Positions 38,775-51,838 of a stretch of 64,000 nucleotides of DNA are shown piece by piece; the stretch's first letter is position 1; the number at the start of each line of letters is the position of its first letter. The stretch lies in NCBI RefSeq assembly GCF_009834535.1, contig NC_045707.1, positions 51,772,001 through 51,836,000 of the forward strand. Reading direction: 5' to 3'. Under the pieces are notes generated by a model, which did no database searches, was not told the origin of the DNA, and saw only the letters and a list, made by a program, of their open reading frames with translations. Position numbers and translations under genes: made by a program. Origin of the DNA: Camelus ferus (lineage: Eukaryota).

Positions 38775-39237
38775 ATATATATGTTCTTATAATTTCATGT
38801 TAGCATTCTTCTTTTGAGAGATGGAGGTCTATGTTTTCTATTCTTGAAGTAGGTATACTTTGTACCTGACTTGACCAATGTATTATGATGAAAGTGAAGC
38901 TATGTGACTTAAGGCTTCTATCTGCCTCTCTCTTGAATGAGTGTTTGAGGAGCCATGAGTTGGAATATAAGAAATACGGTTACTGAAATCACTATACTGG
39001 AAATACCACACGAGGAGGTCACACAGAGACAGTTAACTGAGGAAATTCAGGGGTTCTATCCACTAGGTGTTCTTTCATGTTCTAAGCATGCCTTCAAATG
39101 ATTCTAGCTTCATTTTCCAAGCCACCATGGGTGTTGTTGAGTTCAACAGAGATAGCTGTTATAAGTAAAATTAATGTTGTTGTTTTAAGCCACTAAGTTA
39201 TTGAGTAATTTCATATACAGCCCTAATAACTGGGACA
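38775..39237 (+). mobile_element. MaLR LTR (MLT1G/H-like)
   Basis: GAGAGATGGAGGTCTATG...TTGACCAAT...GTGAAGCTATGTGACTT...TGTTTTAAGCCACTAAGTT...ATAACTGGGACA. Confidence 0.75.
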
Positions 39238-40519
39238 GGACTCTTCAGAAATTATTGGCAGAATGTTCAATGAGACAAAATTTGCATATGTGACAACACA
39301 ATTCTGAATTCTCAACTCCAGTTTGAATTCTCCTGTGGGTCATCGAGGAAAAGCACCTTAAATATTATATCTAACATCTAAACTTTGTTCTCTCCACTCT
39401 ATGACCATAGTATGGAGAGGCTTTAATCAATCATGTTTAAATTTTTCATATATGTTTCTCACAAATGTAGTAGAACTTTTCTAGGGTATTAAATGCTGTG
39501 AGCAGTTGCACTGATACATAAAATGCTTTTGTTTAAATCATTTTAACTTGAATATGAGGATGGTTTTGGCCAACTGTTAAACATTAACACAGCTAAAATA
39601 ATAGCATATATCTAACAAAATGGTATATTTAGCATGACCTGCAATTTTTTCTGGATTAGGCCCAGTTTCAGTTTATCAATTGCCTTCTGGCTAGCTTTGT
39701 ATAGTGCAATTGAACAACTTTGATAAAATTCCAAAACCAAATCTGAAATTAATATAATTCAGCAGCAATGTGTCACTTTTATTAAAGAATAAGATGTTAA
39801 AATTGAACTCAAAATTTTATGCTAAATACTGTATTTTATTTTCTATATATTTTCATGGTTATATTAAAACATCATTTATGTATAAATCTATTTAGATTTA
39901 TACATAAATTTTATTAGATAAAATATTATATTACTAACCTCTCAAATAATAAAGTGTGAAGTTCATTATGCTTTGACAAATTGCCCAAATCAAATGAAGA
40001 TATCAAGATCAAGATGGAAAATATAATTACATATGATTTGATCTAGGGTGAACTTTCCTTGGTCAGTTATATGTTATTAATTGCAACTCAGCAAAGGGAC
40101 TTAGGCTATAGGCATCTTTACAAATAGACACAGATATGTTTCTTTGGAGGAAGAGACAGCAGAAGTTAGACAGGATCATATTACAAACAGAAGAGAAAAA
40201 TCAATTCTTATCCTTACTTAAACGCTGATAAATCTCAAATATTATGTTGGACCCCTGAAATTCTACTTCAAGAAAGATATAAAGTACACGTAAATGTGGA
40301 AATTTTTAGTGCTTAAATTTTAAAAATATACACTTTTCTAAGAAATATTATTTGGCTTCAATGTCAGAAAGAAATCATTGCTATATACTTGGTAAAATAG
40401 TAGACACACTATAATATCAGATTTCTCTAATGCTTGAAATATTTATCATTTGATACATCTGTGTATGCATATATATATATATATGTAGGCATGTATTTAT
40501 CTGCTTATGTTATTTAATA

Positions 40520-40725
40520 TCGATAAGAAATATTCACTGATATAAAATGCTTTTCAATTTCTGCACCATCTCAGTTTATCATTAAGTCAAACAGTGAAAT
40601 AAAAGCTGTTAAAGTATTAAAAGTATTTGACACAGAAAACTGAAATTCAGATATATTAAGTGACTTTGCCAAATTTATATAGCAGCTGCATGCAAAATTC
40701 AGTTTTTGAACAAGTGTTTTAATTT
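40520..40725 (-). mobile_element. MIR remnant
   Basis: GAAAACTGAAATTCAGATATATTAAGTGACTTTGCCAA antisense core. Confidence 0.5.
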
Positions 40726-40764
40726 GATATTTATTCATTCATTTATTCAGTACTTATTTGGATC

Positions 40765-41650
40765 CTGGAGAATCTATTTCTAAGACATATAATCAAAACA
40801 GGTTAGTATCAAAATATATAAAAAATATACAAATCACTAAGAAAAGTATAAAAAGTCCAAGGAAAAAATGGCATAAATAGGTATCTCAAAAAAAAAAAAA
40901 GACATGTACATCACCAATACATAAAGATGCTTAACCTCATTAGTGTTAGATAAAAATCACAGCCACAGTGGGTTAATGCTACATAGTCTTGTTGTTGGCA
41001 AAAAATAAAAGATTATAATGAAAAATTAATCTGATGACAACAAATGTTGAGGAGAATACAGATCCAGTGGGACCCATTCCTAGTAGTGGTGAAAATGATA
41101 TATCCACTTTGAAAGTTTGGTGCTACAGTTTAGTATGGTCTCATAATTATGAAGCTATACATCTCCTCTCTAGCAAAATGTAACTGAAAGGTGTCTGTTC
41201 AAAGAAAATATTTCCCATGTGCTTCATGAAACATGTACAAGGAGATTCATAGCTCAGAATTCTCAACAGCAAACTCCTGGGGAAAAATCATGCATTCATA
41301 AATAAGAAAATAATTTAGAACAATAAAAAAACAGGTGTGCATTCACACAACCAAATGTTGTTTATCAAAAATATAGGTGATTCTTAGCAAATAAAATGAA
41401 TAATTCTCCAACAAACACATAAAAATTACACTTTTTGTGGCATCTTTATACTTTTTTCATTTTTGTTTTATTGTGCAGACATAATGCCTCTTGACTGAAT
41501 CCTGAAATAGATTCAAGACACTTTTGGAAAGAGGGAGATGGTATTTATGTGCATGCATACATGTCAAAACCCTGAAAATAGAGCTGCAAGAAAGTGATAC
41601 TCTTGGAGCCATTCTAATTGTTTTAAACATATTCCAAAGAAATTCCACAT
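40765..41650 (+). mobile_element. Old L1 (L1ME-like) ORF2 end / 3'UTR
   Basis: GGAGAATCTATTT...AAAGATGCTTAACCTCATTAGT...ACAACAAATGTTGAGGAGAAT...CCACTTTGAAA...ACATGTACAAGGAGATTCATAGC. Confidence 0.7.
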
Positions 41651-42129
41651 ATTACAAAGGAAATGGATCCATAGATACCCATTACCTAAAGGTAACAATT
41701 CTTAGGCTTTTATCTCAGTTATTTAAATTTTTTTTAGTGTTTAGGGTTTTTATACAGAAGTAATTTAAAGCAAATTTCAGTTACCATGTTATTTCACCTC
41801 TACATAATTCACAACTGTATTTAGAAATCATGAACAGCTTCTTACATAATCATAGTGAATTATAATAATGTATAAAATCAGTAATTTTGGTATAAATTAA
41901 TAAAACTAGTCTATTTTCATATTTCCCACTCATCCTCAAAATGTTACACTTATTTTTATTTTTTAAATCAAAATCCAAATGAGTTTTACACATTGTGTTT
42001 GGCTTTTATGTCATTTAATCTTAAAAAGTCTCCTCCCTTTTTATGCCTAGGTATAGATATGACAGAACAGAAGCAAAATAAGTTATAAAGGTTCATTTCA
42101 AAATGAGTCATAATAACTTATTTAATATA

Positions 42130-42549
42130 GTTCAGCAGACTTCTTAATAAAAACTGTCAGCAAATCAGTAACAGAAGGAAAATTCCTCAAAGAGATAAGG
42201 TATCTATGAAAAACCTGTGGGTAACATCATAATTAATATAAGGTTCATAAAATTGTGAAAAAGAAAACTATCCACTTACAATTTCTATTTCATGTAATTT
42301 CTAGCCAGTACAATAGGCCAGGAAAAGAAACTAAATAAAGTTTAAAAAAAGTAAGAAGTAAAACATACTATATTCATGCACTGTATAGTAGGCATAACAT
42401 AGACTTGAAAATCTGAATAAATTTAGAAAGGCTTATTAGAAATAACAAGTGGATTTAGCAAGTTGTGGGAATGAAAGATCAATACAAACATATGTGTGTG
42501 GTAGGAAAAAACAGAAATTAACCTTAAAACTCATTTAAGTACTTCAATA

Positions 42550-42588
<39 letters not shown>

Positions 42589-42800
42589 GAAAAATAAAAT
42601 AAATCATTTAAGCTGACAACTACAAAACACTGCTGAAAAAAAAGATTAAAGTAGGACTAAAGAAATGGAGACAAGTACCATACTAATGAATTGGATAACT
42701 CATTATTAAGACATCATGAACTTGGATATGGATATCAGTTATCCCCATAGTAAACGACAGATTCAGTACAATCCCAACCAAAATACCAGCAAGTGACTCT
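42130..42800 (+). mobile_element. Old L1M ORF2 (RT region) fragment containing (AAAT)n at ~42548-42590
   Basis: CTATGAAAAACCTGTGGGTAACATCATA, CTAGCCAGTACAATAGGCCAGGAAAAGAAA, AGATTCAGTACAATCCCAACCAAAATACCAGCA. Confidence 0.75.
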
Positions 42801-43009
42801 CCTAGTAACAACAGAGTAGCAGGTGCAAAACTTGCCCCTTGCTGAAATCAACTGTAACACTGGATAAAAGATGTAACAGTTTCCAGACATTACACAGAAA
42901 GAAATTCTACCCTTGAAAGAAGAGAAACACACAAAGAAAGCCCAGGGTTGCATCTTGATCACTGTATCTCCTCCTGGGGACACTTGCTGGGGAACAGAGA
43001 GTGGGGAGC

Positions 43010-43549
43010 AAAGGAGTGGTGATTTGACCTTCTGATATACACGTTCTAGTGTAAGATCCTTCCCTTAAGAGTAGGCCAGACCTCTTGAATTGCTTTTATC
43101 AAACAGTTAGTGGCAAATGTGATGATGTCACTTCTGAGGTTAGGTGAAAAAGAATGACTTCCATTTTGCTAGCTAACTCTTTCTGTAGCCTTGCTGGCTT
43201 TCACAGTTCGATGAAGCAATCTGCTGTGTTGGAGAGACCCATAGGGCAAAGAATTGATGACAGCATCTGGCCAAAACCCAGTAAGGAGTACAGGCCCTCA
43301 GTCTAACTGCCTGAGAAGAAGTGAATCCCGCCAACAACCACATGAGCTTGGACGTGGATTCTTCCCCAGTTGAGCCTCTGCATGACTGCAGCCAAATGAC
43401 ATTTTTATTGCAGTTGTGACAGACTCTGAGACGGAAGACCCTGCTAAGCTTTGCATGTATACCTGACCCATGGAAATGATGAGAAAATAAATATATGCTT
43501 TTTTAGGTTTCATGGTAATTTGTTATGTAACAATATATCACTAATATAC
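43010..43549 (+). mobile_element. MaLR LTR (MLT1E/F-like)
   Basis: GATGTCACTTCTGAGGTTAGG...GAATCCCGCCAACAACCACATGAGCTTGGA..GGATTCTTCCCCAGTTGAGCCT...AATTTGTTATGTAACAATA. Confidence 0.85.
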
Positions 43550-43551
43550 CT

Positions 43552-43805
43552 CTTATGTATACAGGGAACATTCATTAAGACATCATATTCTGGGCCACAA
43601 AACAAACCTTATGAAATTTAAAAGAATAGAAATTAATTCTATTATGTTCTGTGAATATAAACTAGAAATCAATAACAGAAAGATACATGACAATACTCAA
43701 ATATTTGAAAATTAAGCAGCACTTGGAACAAAGAGGAAACATGTAGGCAAGTTAAAACATATTTTAAATTAAATGAAGATGAAAATTCATGTATAAAAAC
43801 TTGTA
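43552..43805 (+). mobile_element. Old L1 ORF2 endonuclease fragment
   Basis: GGAACATTCATTAAGACATCATATTCTGGGCCACAAAACAAACC...AAACTAGAAATCAATAACAG (IDHILGHK-like region). Confidence 0.75.
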
Positions 43806-46507
43806 GGAGAAGGGGATCAGCCAAGGTGGCAGATACCAAGACCCTGAGCTCACCTCCTTTCATGAGCACAACAAAACCACAACTACCTGCAAAACAACCA
43901 TCAATGAGAAAGACTGAAATCTACCAGAAAAGTTCTTCTATAACTAAATACATAAAGAAGGAACCACAACAGGACAGGTAGGCAGGGTGGACTTGCAGTA
44001 AAATTAAGTCACATACCTTTGGGTGGGTGATCCACACTAGAGAATAATTATATTGCAGAGGTTCTCCCACAGGAGTGAGAGTTCTGAGCCCCACATCAGT
44101 CTCTACAGCCTGGGGGTCCTCTATGGGAAAGACAAGGCCCCCAGACAATTTTGCTCTGAATTCCAGCAGAGCATAATTTCAGGAATCCCAACAGACTACA
44201 GGAAATAGAGACCTTCACTCTTAAAGGGCACACACAAAACCTCATGCACACCAGGACCCAGGACAAAAAAAGCACCTTGACAGGAGTCTGGACCAGACTT
44301 ACCTCCTGATCTTAGAGGAAACGCTCTCACCTGTTCACTGCTGAGTATGTTTGATGTGGGTTTCCTGTATATGGTCTTTATTATGTTGAGGTATGTTCCC
44401 TCTGTGCCCACTTACTGGAGAGTTTTTATCATAAATGGAGGTTGAATTTTATCAAAATCTTTTTCTGCATCTATTGAGATGATCATATTGCTTATATTCT
44501 TCTGTTTATCAACATGGTGTATCACATTGATTTATTTGTTGGTATTGAAAAATCCTGCACCCCTGGGATTAATCCCACTTGATCATGGTGTATGATCCTT
44601 CTAATGTATTCTGGAGTCAATTTGCTAGATTTGCTAGTATTTTGTTAAGGGAACAAATCTGGGAACAAGACAAGGATGCCCATTCTCACCACTCTTATTC
44701 AACACAGTTTGAAAGTCTTAGTCAAGCAATCAGAGAAGAAATAGAAATCAAAGGAATCCAAATTGGAAAGAAACAGGTAAAACTGTCACTGTTTGCAGAT
44801 GACATGATACTATACATAAAATCCTAAAGATGCTACCAGAAAACTGCTGAAACTCATCAATGAATTTGGCAAATATACAGGACACAGTAATATACAGAAA
44901 TCCATTGCATTTGTATACACTAACAATATCAGAATGAGAAATTTAGGAAATACTCCCATTTACCACTGCATTAAAAATAATAAAATACCTAGGAATGAAC
45001 CTACCTAAGGAGGCAAAAGACGTGTACTCTGAAAACTGTAAGACTGTGATGAAAGAAGTTGAAGATGACACAAACAGATGGAAAAAATACATACCATGTT
45101 CTTGGATCGGAAGAATCAATGTTGTTAAAATCACCGTACTACCTGATGCAATCTACAGATTCAATGTAATCCCTATCAAATTACCAATGGAATTTTTCAC
45201 AGGACTAAAAAAAAAAATTAAATCTGTATGGAAACATAAGACTGACTATCCAAAACAATCTTGAGAAAGAAAAACAAGGCTGGGGGAATTACACCTCCTG
45301 ATTTCAGACTATACGACAAAGCCGTGGTAATCAAAACAGCATGGTATTGGCACAAAAACAGACATATAGATGAGTGGAATAGGATTAAGAGCCTAGAAAT
45401 AGATTCATATACTTATAGTCAATTAATTTATAACAAAGGAGACGAGAATATACAATGATGAAAAGACAGTCTCTTCAATAAGCAGTGCCAGGAAAAGTGG
45501 ACATCTACATGTAAAAGAATGAAATTAGAACATTCTCTTTCACCATCATATGCAAAATAAACTCAGAGGGAAGGTGTAGCTCCAGTGATAGAGTGTATGC
45601 TTAGCATGTGCAAGGTCCTGGGTTTAATCCCTAGCGCTACCTCTAAAAATAAATAAACCTAATTACCCTGCCAAAAAATACTAAAAAATAAATAAATAAA
45701 CTCAAAATGGATTAAAGACTTAAATATGTAAGAGTGGATACTCTAAAACTCCTAGAGGAAAACACAGGCATAGCATTCTTTGACATAAATCACCACCATA
45801 TTTTTTGGATCTGTCTCCTAGAGTAACGGAAATAAAAGCAAAAAGCAAAACAAAAAACAGAAAAGACCAAATGGGACCTAATTAAACTTAAAAGCTTTGT
45901 AAAGCAAAGGAAACTATAAACAAAATGAAAAGACAACCTATGGAATGGGAGAAAATATTTGCAAAGGAAGCAACTGACAAGAGAATAATTTCTAAAATAT
46001 ACTAACAGCTCATATAGCTCAATACCAGAAAGACAAACAACCCAATTAAAAAATGGGCAGAAGTCCTAAATAGACATTTCTCCAAAGAAGACATATAGAT
46101 AGCCAATAGGCACATGAATTATTAATTATTAAAGAAATGCAAATCAAAACTACAATGATGTATCACCTCACTCTGGTCAGAATGGCCATCATCAAAAGTC
46201 TACAAGTAAATGCTGGAGAGAGTGTGGGGAAAAGGGAACCCTCCTACACTATTGGTGGGAATGTAAATTGATGCAGCCACAATATAAAAAAGTATGGGGG
46301 TTCCTTAAAAAACTAAAAATAGAGTTACCGTATGATACAACAATCCCACTTCCAGGCATATATTTGGAAAATACAAATACTGTATTTTGAAAAATATATT
46401 TACTCCAATGTTCATAATAGCACTATTGACACTAAGACTTGGAAGCAACCTAAATGTCCATCAACAGATAAATGGGTAAAGAAGGTGTTTTATACATATA
46501 TATAATG

Positions 46508-46547
<40 letters not shown>

Positions 46548-47020
46548 GTGGAATATTACTCAGCTATAAAAATGAATGAAATAATGCCATTTGCAGCAAC
46601 ATGGATGGGCCTAGAGACTATCATACTAATTGGAGTCAATCAGACAGAAAGACAAATATATATAACTTACATGTAGAATCTAAAAAAATTATAAAAATTA
46701 ATTTATTTTCAAAACAGAAATACTCACAGAAATGGAAAACGTACTTAATGTTTACCAAAGGGGAAAAGGGGGGAGGGGTAAATTAGGAGTTTGGGATTAA
46801 GAGATAAATACTATAAAAATAGATAAACAACAAGGACCTACTGTATAGCACAGGAAACTATATTCAGTAACTTGTAATGATCTATAATGGAAAATAATCT
46901 GTAAAAGTATATATATACACATACATGTATATATGTACAGCTGAGTCACTTTGCTGTACACCTGAAACTAACAATATGAATCAATTATAATTCAATAAAA
47001 AATAAAATATATAAAATAAA
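43806..47020 (+). mobile_element. Rearranged L1: sense 5'UTR start (43806-44317), inverted ORF2 RT piece (~44304-44649), sense ORF2 3' half, 3'UTR and A-rich tail (~44655-47020)
   Basis: 5'UTR colinear with ~14400-14900; minus-strand peptide GTEGTYLNIIKTIYRKPT...AFPLRSG; plus-strand [23 protein letters not shown] and IPCSWIGRINVVK...AIYRFNVIPIK; AATAAA and A-rich tail at ~46993-47020; (CA)n at 46511-46541. Confidence 0.93.
45566..45693 (+). mobile_element. tRNA-derived SINE (camelid vic-1-like) inserted in L1
   Basis: A-box-like TAGCTCCAGTGAT, B-box-like GGTTTAATCCC, tail AAATAAATAAACCTAATTACCC + A-rich end; perfect 11-bp TSD AAATAAACTCA (45555-45565 / 45694-45704). Confidence 0.9.
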
Positions 47021-47021
47021 A

Positions 47022-47480
47022 TTTTAGGCTTGAGCAAATGAATTAACAAAAGTGCCACTTACTGATGTAAGAAAGACAGGGCAGAACAGGTGAATGGGAG
47101 GCGTATAAATTACTAATTCAGCTTAAAATTTGTTAAATTTGAGCATTTATCAAGCAACTAAGTAACCTTTATAGCAGCTATATAGCTGGATATAGATTCT
47201 ACAGTTTAGGAGAGAGGTCACTGATGGAGATGTTAATTTAGAAGACATTATATATACATGACATTTCAAGCCAGAAATAGCTTCCAGGGCAAGAAAAGAA
47301 AGAAAAAAAAGAAAGGATATGAGAAATGAGTTCTGAGACACTCCAGCACTTTGAAATATTGAAGGAAGAAGAGAGAGGGATAAGAAGGAGAGGGAGCAGC
47401 GAATGAGATAGAAAAATAGAGAGAATTCGCTGTCCTTTTGGCCAACAGAATAAAAGCATTTAAAGAAGAATGAAGTGAGT
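47022..47480 (-). mobile_element. L2 fragment
   Basis: TTTTAGGCTTGAGCAA...GTGCCACTTACTGA...GTTAAATTTGAG...AGCTGGATATA...GGAGATGTTAATTT...CACTCCAGCACTT. Confidence 0.75.
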
Positions 47481-49094
47481 ATTTTAAAATACAGAGTCTC
47501 CATGATTTGCAGTTATATTCTTTAAAAAAATACATGTATTTACACGTGTTCCACAGCTGTTCTTTCACTTATTTATGTTTATTTTTGTGTTTCTTGTTGT
47601 CAGTGGACAATAATTTTCTTCTTTGCTTTGTTATTCTTTAATTAGATGATTATAACAGAACTTTAGTTGGACATCGTACTATGGAATAGCCAGAAAACAA
47701 TTTTTTTTTAATTTAGGGAATTGAAAAATTATTGTTTATATGCATGGCTGGATTCCACAAATGCATTTGAATGTGAGAACTGCAGAGGAAGAAACATTAT
47801 ATAAAGATAATATTTGCATAATACCATCCACGCAAAGGGTTCCATAGGAGTTTAGCTTAGAGTAAATGTGCAAAATTGGAAGGCAGGGGATCATAACATT
47901 TGAAATGGGCAATACATTCATCTTTATTCACTTTTTCTGTACAGAAAAAACAATCTATATTTTGATATATTTTCAGGTATGATAACATGTAAACAAGGAG
48001 ATAAACCAGCTTATTCCTGAAATAGTTATAGATCTTATACTTGATATATCTGAAAATATTGGAGATATGGCTTGAGCTACTTGGAGAAGAACACATTACC
48101 ATTATAATTACATTTTTTTAAATCAATTAATGTGAATTTATTAGGTGCTTAAATAATGCCTCATGTTGAATGAATCATTAATTAAGCATACTTAATATAG
48201 TTTGGCTACTTCTAGACATAAATGAGAGATATTATATGCCTAGAAGTAACTGAATTTCTGCAGAAGTTACAGATTCAAATTGTCATATATCTTTAAAATA
48301 TTTTCTGATTACCTGGCCTAAACCAGAAAATCTGGGCGAACTCTAGATTCATAACTTAGAGGATGAAAAAGACACTGTGTAACAACTTATAGCCCTAATA
48401 GTGACACCAGTTGAGACCCTCAGATATGGACTTACAGACCAGTTCTGATGTCAAGAATAGAAAAGCATTTTTTGTTATTACACAATTGGTTTGAGTTCTC
48501 AGGTCCAATACATTGGAGATTTAATTTCTTCTTAGAAAATAGATTCACAAATTTGATGCCTCACACTTTATATTTTCACATATATTTAATTTTTTAACCA
48601 AACTTTTCACTAATAGCAGAAAAGAATAGAGTTGAGGTTGCTACCCAAACAATAGACTCTAGCTTAGAATGTCATACGGTATATGGTTTTTACTATATAA
48701 TTAGCCCCATTTTTCTTCTGTAAAATATTATTTTTAATTTATTTTTATTTTTAATCAATTTACAAGTGATATTGTATGACTTAGGTATTGTATGTAATAC
48801 TATGTTACAGCTAAGTTTGCATCCCCAGGATGCTACAGTGATTTGGCATTTGCATTTCATGAGACAGCATAAGGGGTGTGAATGGACTCTGTTCCACAAT
48901 GTCTGCAGAGTTTTTCTAAGTGGTTTTGCTAATACTATACTCCTAAGAGCAATTTATGAAGTCACTTTGATCTTTTTTTTTCCCCTCTTGTTTTCTCACA
49001 GCAAATGGGGTGTTAACCTCAATCATCACATTAACATTTTAGTGGATAGGAATAGAAAAAATTTGAAATGGAGAGCAAATTCTTTATGCAAAGT

Positions 49095-49275
49095 AATAGA
49101 GAAGTAGTCCATCTCACTCATATTCCATTGATTCCATTTAGTCAGATGGTCGTGCCTAGTCAGAAGGGAGGCTAGGAAATAACTTTTATAGCTTGGTAGT
49201 CATAGGCATTTAAAAATATTCTGCTATAGAAGAAGAGAAGAATGGATTTTGCAGGGAACAAATAGAAATATGACA
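49095..49275 (-). mobile_element. Old MaLR LTR remnant (MLT1J-like)
   Basis: CTCATATTCCATTG...TTAGTCAGATGG...AAGGGAGGCTAGGAAAT...AAGAAGAGAAGAATGGAT. Confidence 0.55.
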
Positions 49276-50792
49276 GAATGGGCTAGACAGAAAGATGGTA
49301 ATTTGATAACTTTTCAAATCCCAACACACTACCCCTGAAAACCAGGCGTACTTATATCACCATTAAAAGAACATAATGAATTTTGTTTATTTCTTCAAGA
49401 TTTGAGGTCATTAACTTTATGGACAAAGCATGAAGTTATAGTTCACAGAATTTTTAAAATTAAATTTAAATTTATTTGTATAGAAAATGTATGATAGTTA
49501 CAAAATTTCAAGTTAAACTTTTACTCCGAATTGTTCGACATTTCTACTTACACAGTAGCATCTTGTTATTTTAGCATCTTACATCCCATTTCTCCCCATT
49601 CTCTAGTACTTGTGGGATAACTAAAATGCAAGATAAGGATTCTTACTTATCTGTAAAAATGCATAAAAATAGTATTTAGTGGCATGTGAAGCTGACAAAA
49701 TTCCACTTATCCATACCCTGCCAAAGGTTTTGTTTTCATCTTATATACGTCAGATCCATATTATATGGACTGAGTATATAAGCAACCTTTCTATTTGTGA
49801 CCCCTTGATATTATTCTTTGATGCTCGTGTTGTGCTCCTCTGTGAGCATTCTAGTAGGTGATCACCTCTGTTGTGTGTGGACCTAATGTAAGTATTCTAA
49901 ATTCTAAGTCTAGATGGTATCACTCACTTTGGCAGGTTTTTTTTTTTTCTTAATTTGAGATCACAATCTCTTAATTTTCCCTTGCAATTCCTTTTATTTT
50001 CTTTTCAGACTCTTTTTCTTTTAAAAAAAATCCTTTAGATATGTCACCTCCACTAGAATTCTCTAAAAATACATTTCTTTAGGGTATGTACCTGGCTTCT
50101 CCCCATTTCTATAATCATGTCACACTGCTTAATAGAAGCATGGTATGTAATCAAATTATAACATATAAAAATTGAATTAAGTCTAAAAACATTAATCTGA
50201 AGGTAAAATCCTCTACTTCTCATGTCATTTAACCTCATTGCATAACTGACATGCACCCACACACACTGACCATTTCCATGACAAACAGTCGTTATCATTA
50301 CAGTTAAAGTTATACTATCATTCAATATATTCCCATTCATCTTCCTCCTCACCATCTCAATAACATAGAAACATTTAACCCATGACTTTTTACTTAGCTC
50401 TATGTGTCAATGTTCTTTATCTATCTAGACTTCTCTATAATTAAAGCTTTTCATCTGCTTTAGGAGTTAAAAGTCTTTTGATGTGATGGCCTTTCTTGTC
50501 TACTAGATGATATGTAATCCTTCCTTATCTAATTACTTCCATTTACTCTTTGTAAGATATACACCAGCTCATGATTCTTTTCAGTCTTGCTCTTGATGCA
50601 TATCTCATACATCAAGAGTGAGAAATGACATCACAGTTCTTTTTCCAGAAAGAAAATCCATTTTGAAATCCTTTTCCATGTAGAATGGAGTAACAGTCTT
50701 ATACGTGAGGACATTCTCTCAACCCCTGACATTTCCACACCCATCCTCTAGCCTTTGAATAAAATTTACATAAAAGTTAATTTGAAAACAGA

Positions 50793-51838
50793 ATACTATG
50801 TTACAGCTAAGTTTGCAGTGGCAAAGTACAGTAGTCTCTCATTATCTGCAGGGCATATGTTCCAAGACCCCCAGGGGATACCTGAAATTATGAGTAGTAC
50901 TGAACCTTGTATATATTTGTTCCTATATATACATACTTATGATGAAGCTTAACTTATAAACTAGGTACAGTAAGAGATTAACAATAGTAATAATAAAATA
51001 GAGCAATTATAACAATATACTATAATAAAAATTATATGAATGTGGTCTTTCTCTCACTCTCTAAAAATACCTTATTGTATTATATTCATCCTTCTTATGA
51101 TGATGTGGAATTAAAAAATGCCTACATAATGAGATGAAGTGAGGTGAATAATGTAGGCAACATGTTTAGTGTTAGGCTACTACTGACCTTCTGATGACAT
51201 GTCAGATCACCCAGTTTGGGTGATTCAGCATTATCAAGCCATGAAGACTTGATGGTTGGGGATTCTGGGCAGGAAGGAGTGGAATGGCATGAGATTTCAT
51301 CATATTACTCAGAACAATGCATAATTTAAAACATAAATTGTTTATCTGTGAAATTTTCCGTTTAATATTTTTTCAGACTGGCTGTGTGTAACTGAAACAT
51401 GGAAAGCAAAACTGCTGATAAGAGGAGACTACTGTGCCACAAACTGAGTGGTTAAACAACAGAAATGCATTGTCTCACAGTTCTGGAGGCTTAGAAATCC
51501 AAGATCAAGGTGACAGCAGGGTCCTGCTCCCTCTGAAGCTGCCAGGGAAGGATGTGTTCCTGGTCTCTCTCCCAGCCTCTGACAGTTCCTAGGCTTGTGC
51601 CACTGTAATTTCAATCTTTACATACTGTTCTCCACATGTATCTCTATGTCCAAATTTGTCATTTATAAGGACACCAGTCATATTGGATCAAGACCCATGT
51701 TAATGACTTCATTCTAACATAACAAATTACAACTGGAATGATCCTATTTCCAAATTAGTTCACATCCTGAGGTACTGGTGGTTAGTACTTAACATGGGAA
51801 TATGGCAGGGGCGGGGGGAACACAATTCAACCTATAAA
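50793..51838 (-). mobile_element. MaLR LTR (MLT1B/C-like) split by MER44
   Basis: ...CAAAGTA|(TG)CCACAAACTGAGTGGTTAAACAACAGAAATGCATTGTCTCACAGTTCTGGAGGC...TTATAAGGACACCAGTCATATTGGAT...CACAATTCAACC. Confidence 0.85.
50829..51434. mobile_element. MER44-like non-autonomous Tigger DNA transposon
   Basis: TIRs CAGTAGTCTCTCATTATCTGCAG and (reverse complement) CAGTAGTCTCCTCTTATCAGCAG; flanks TA / TG (decayed TA TSD). Confidence 0.9.

Noticed and set aside
45566..45645. tRNA gene
   Set aside because: Degenerate A/B boxes, a SINE-type tail and an 11-bp TSD identify it as a tRNA-derived SINE.
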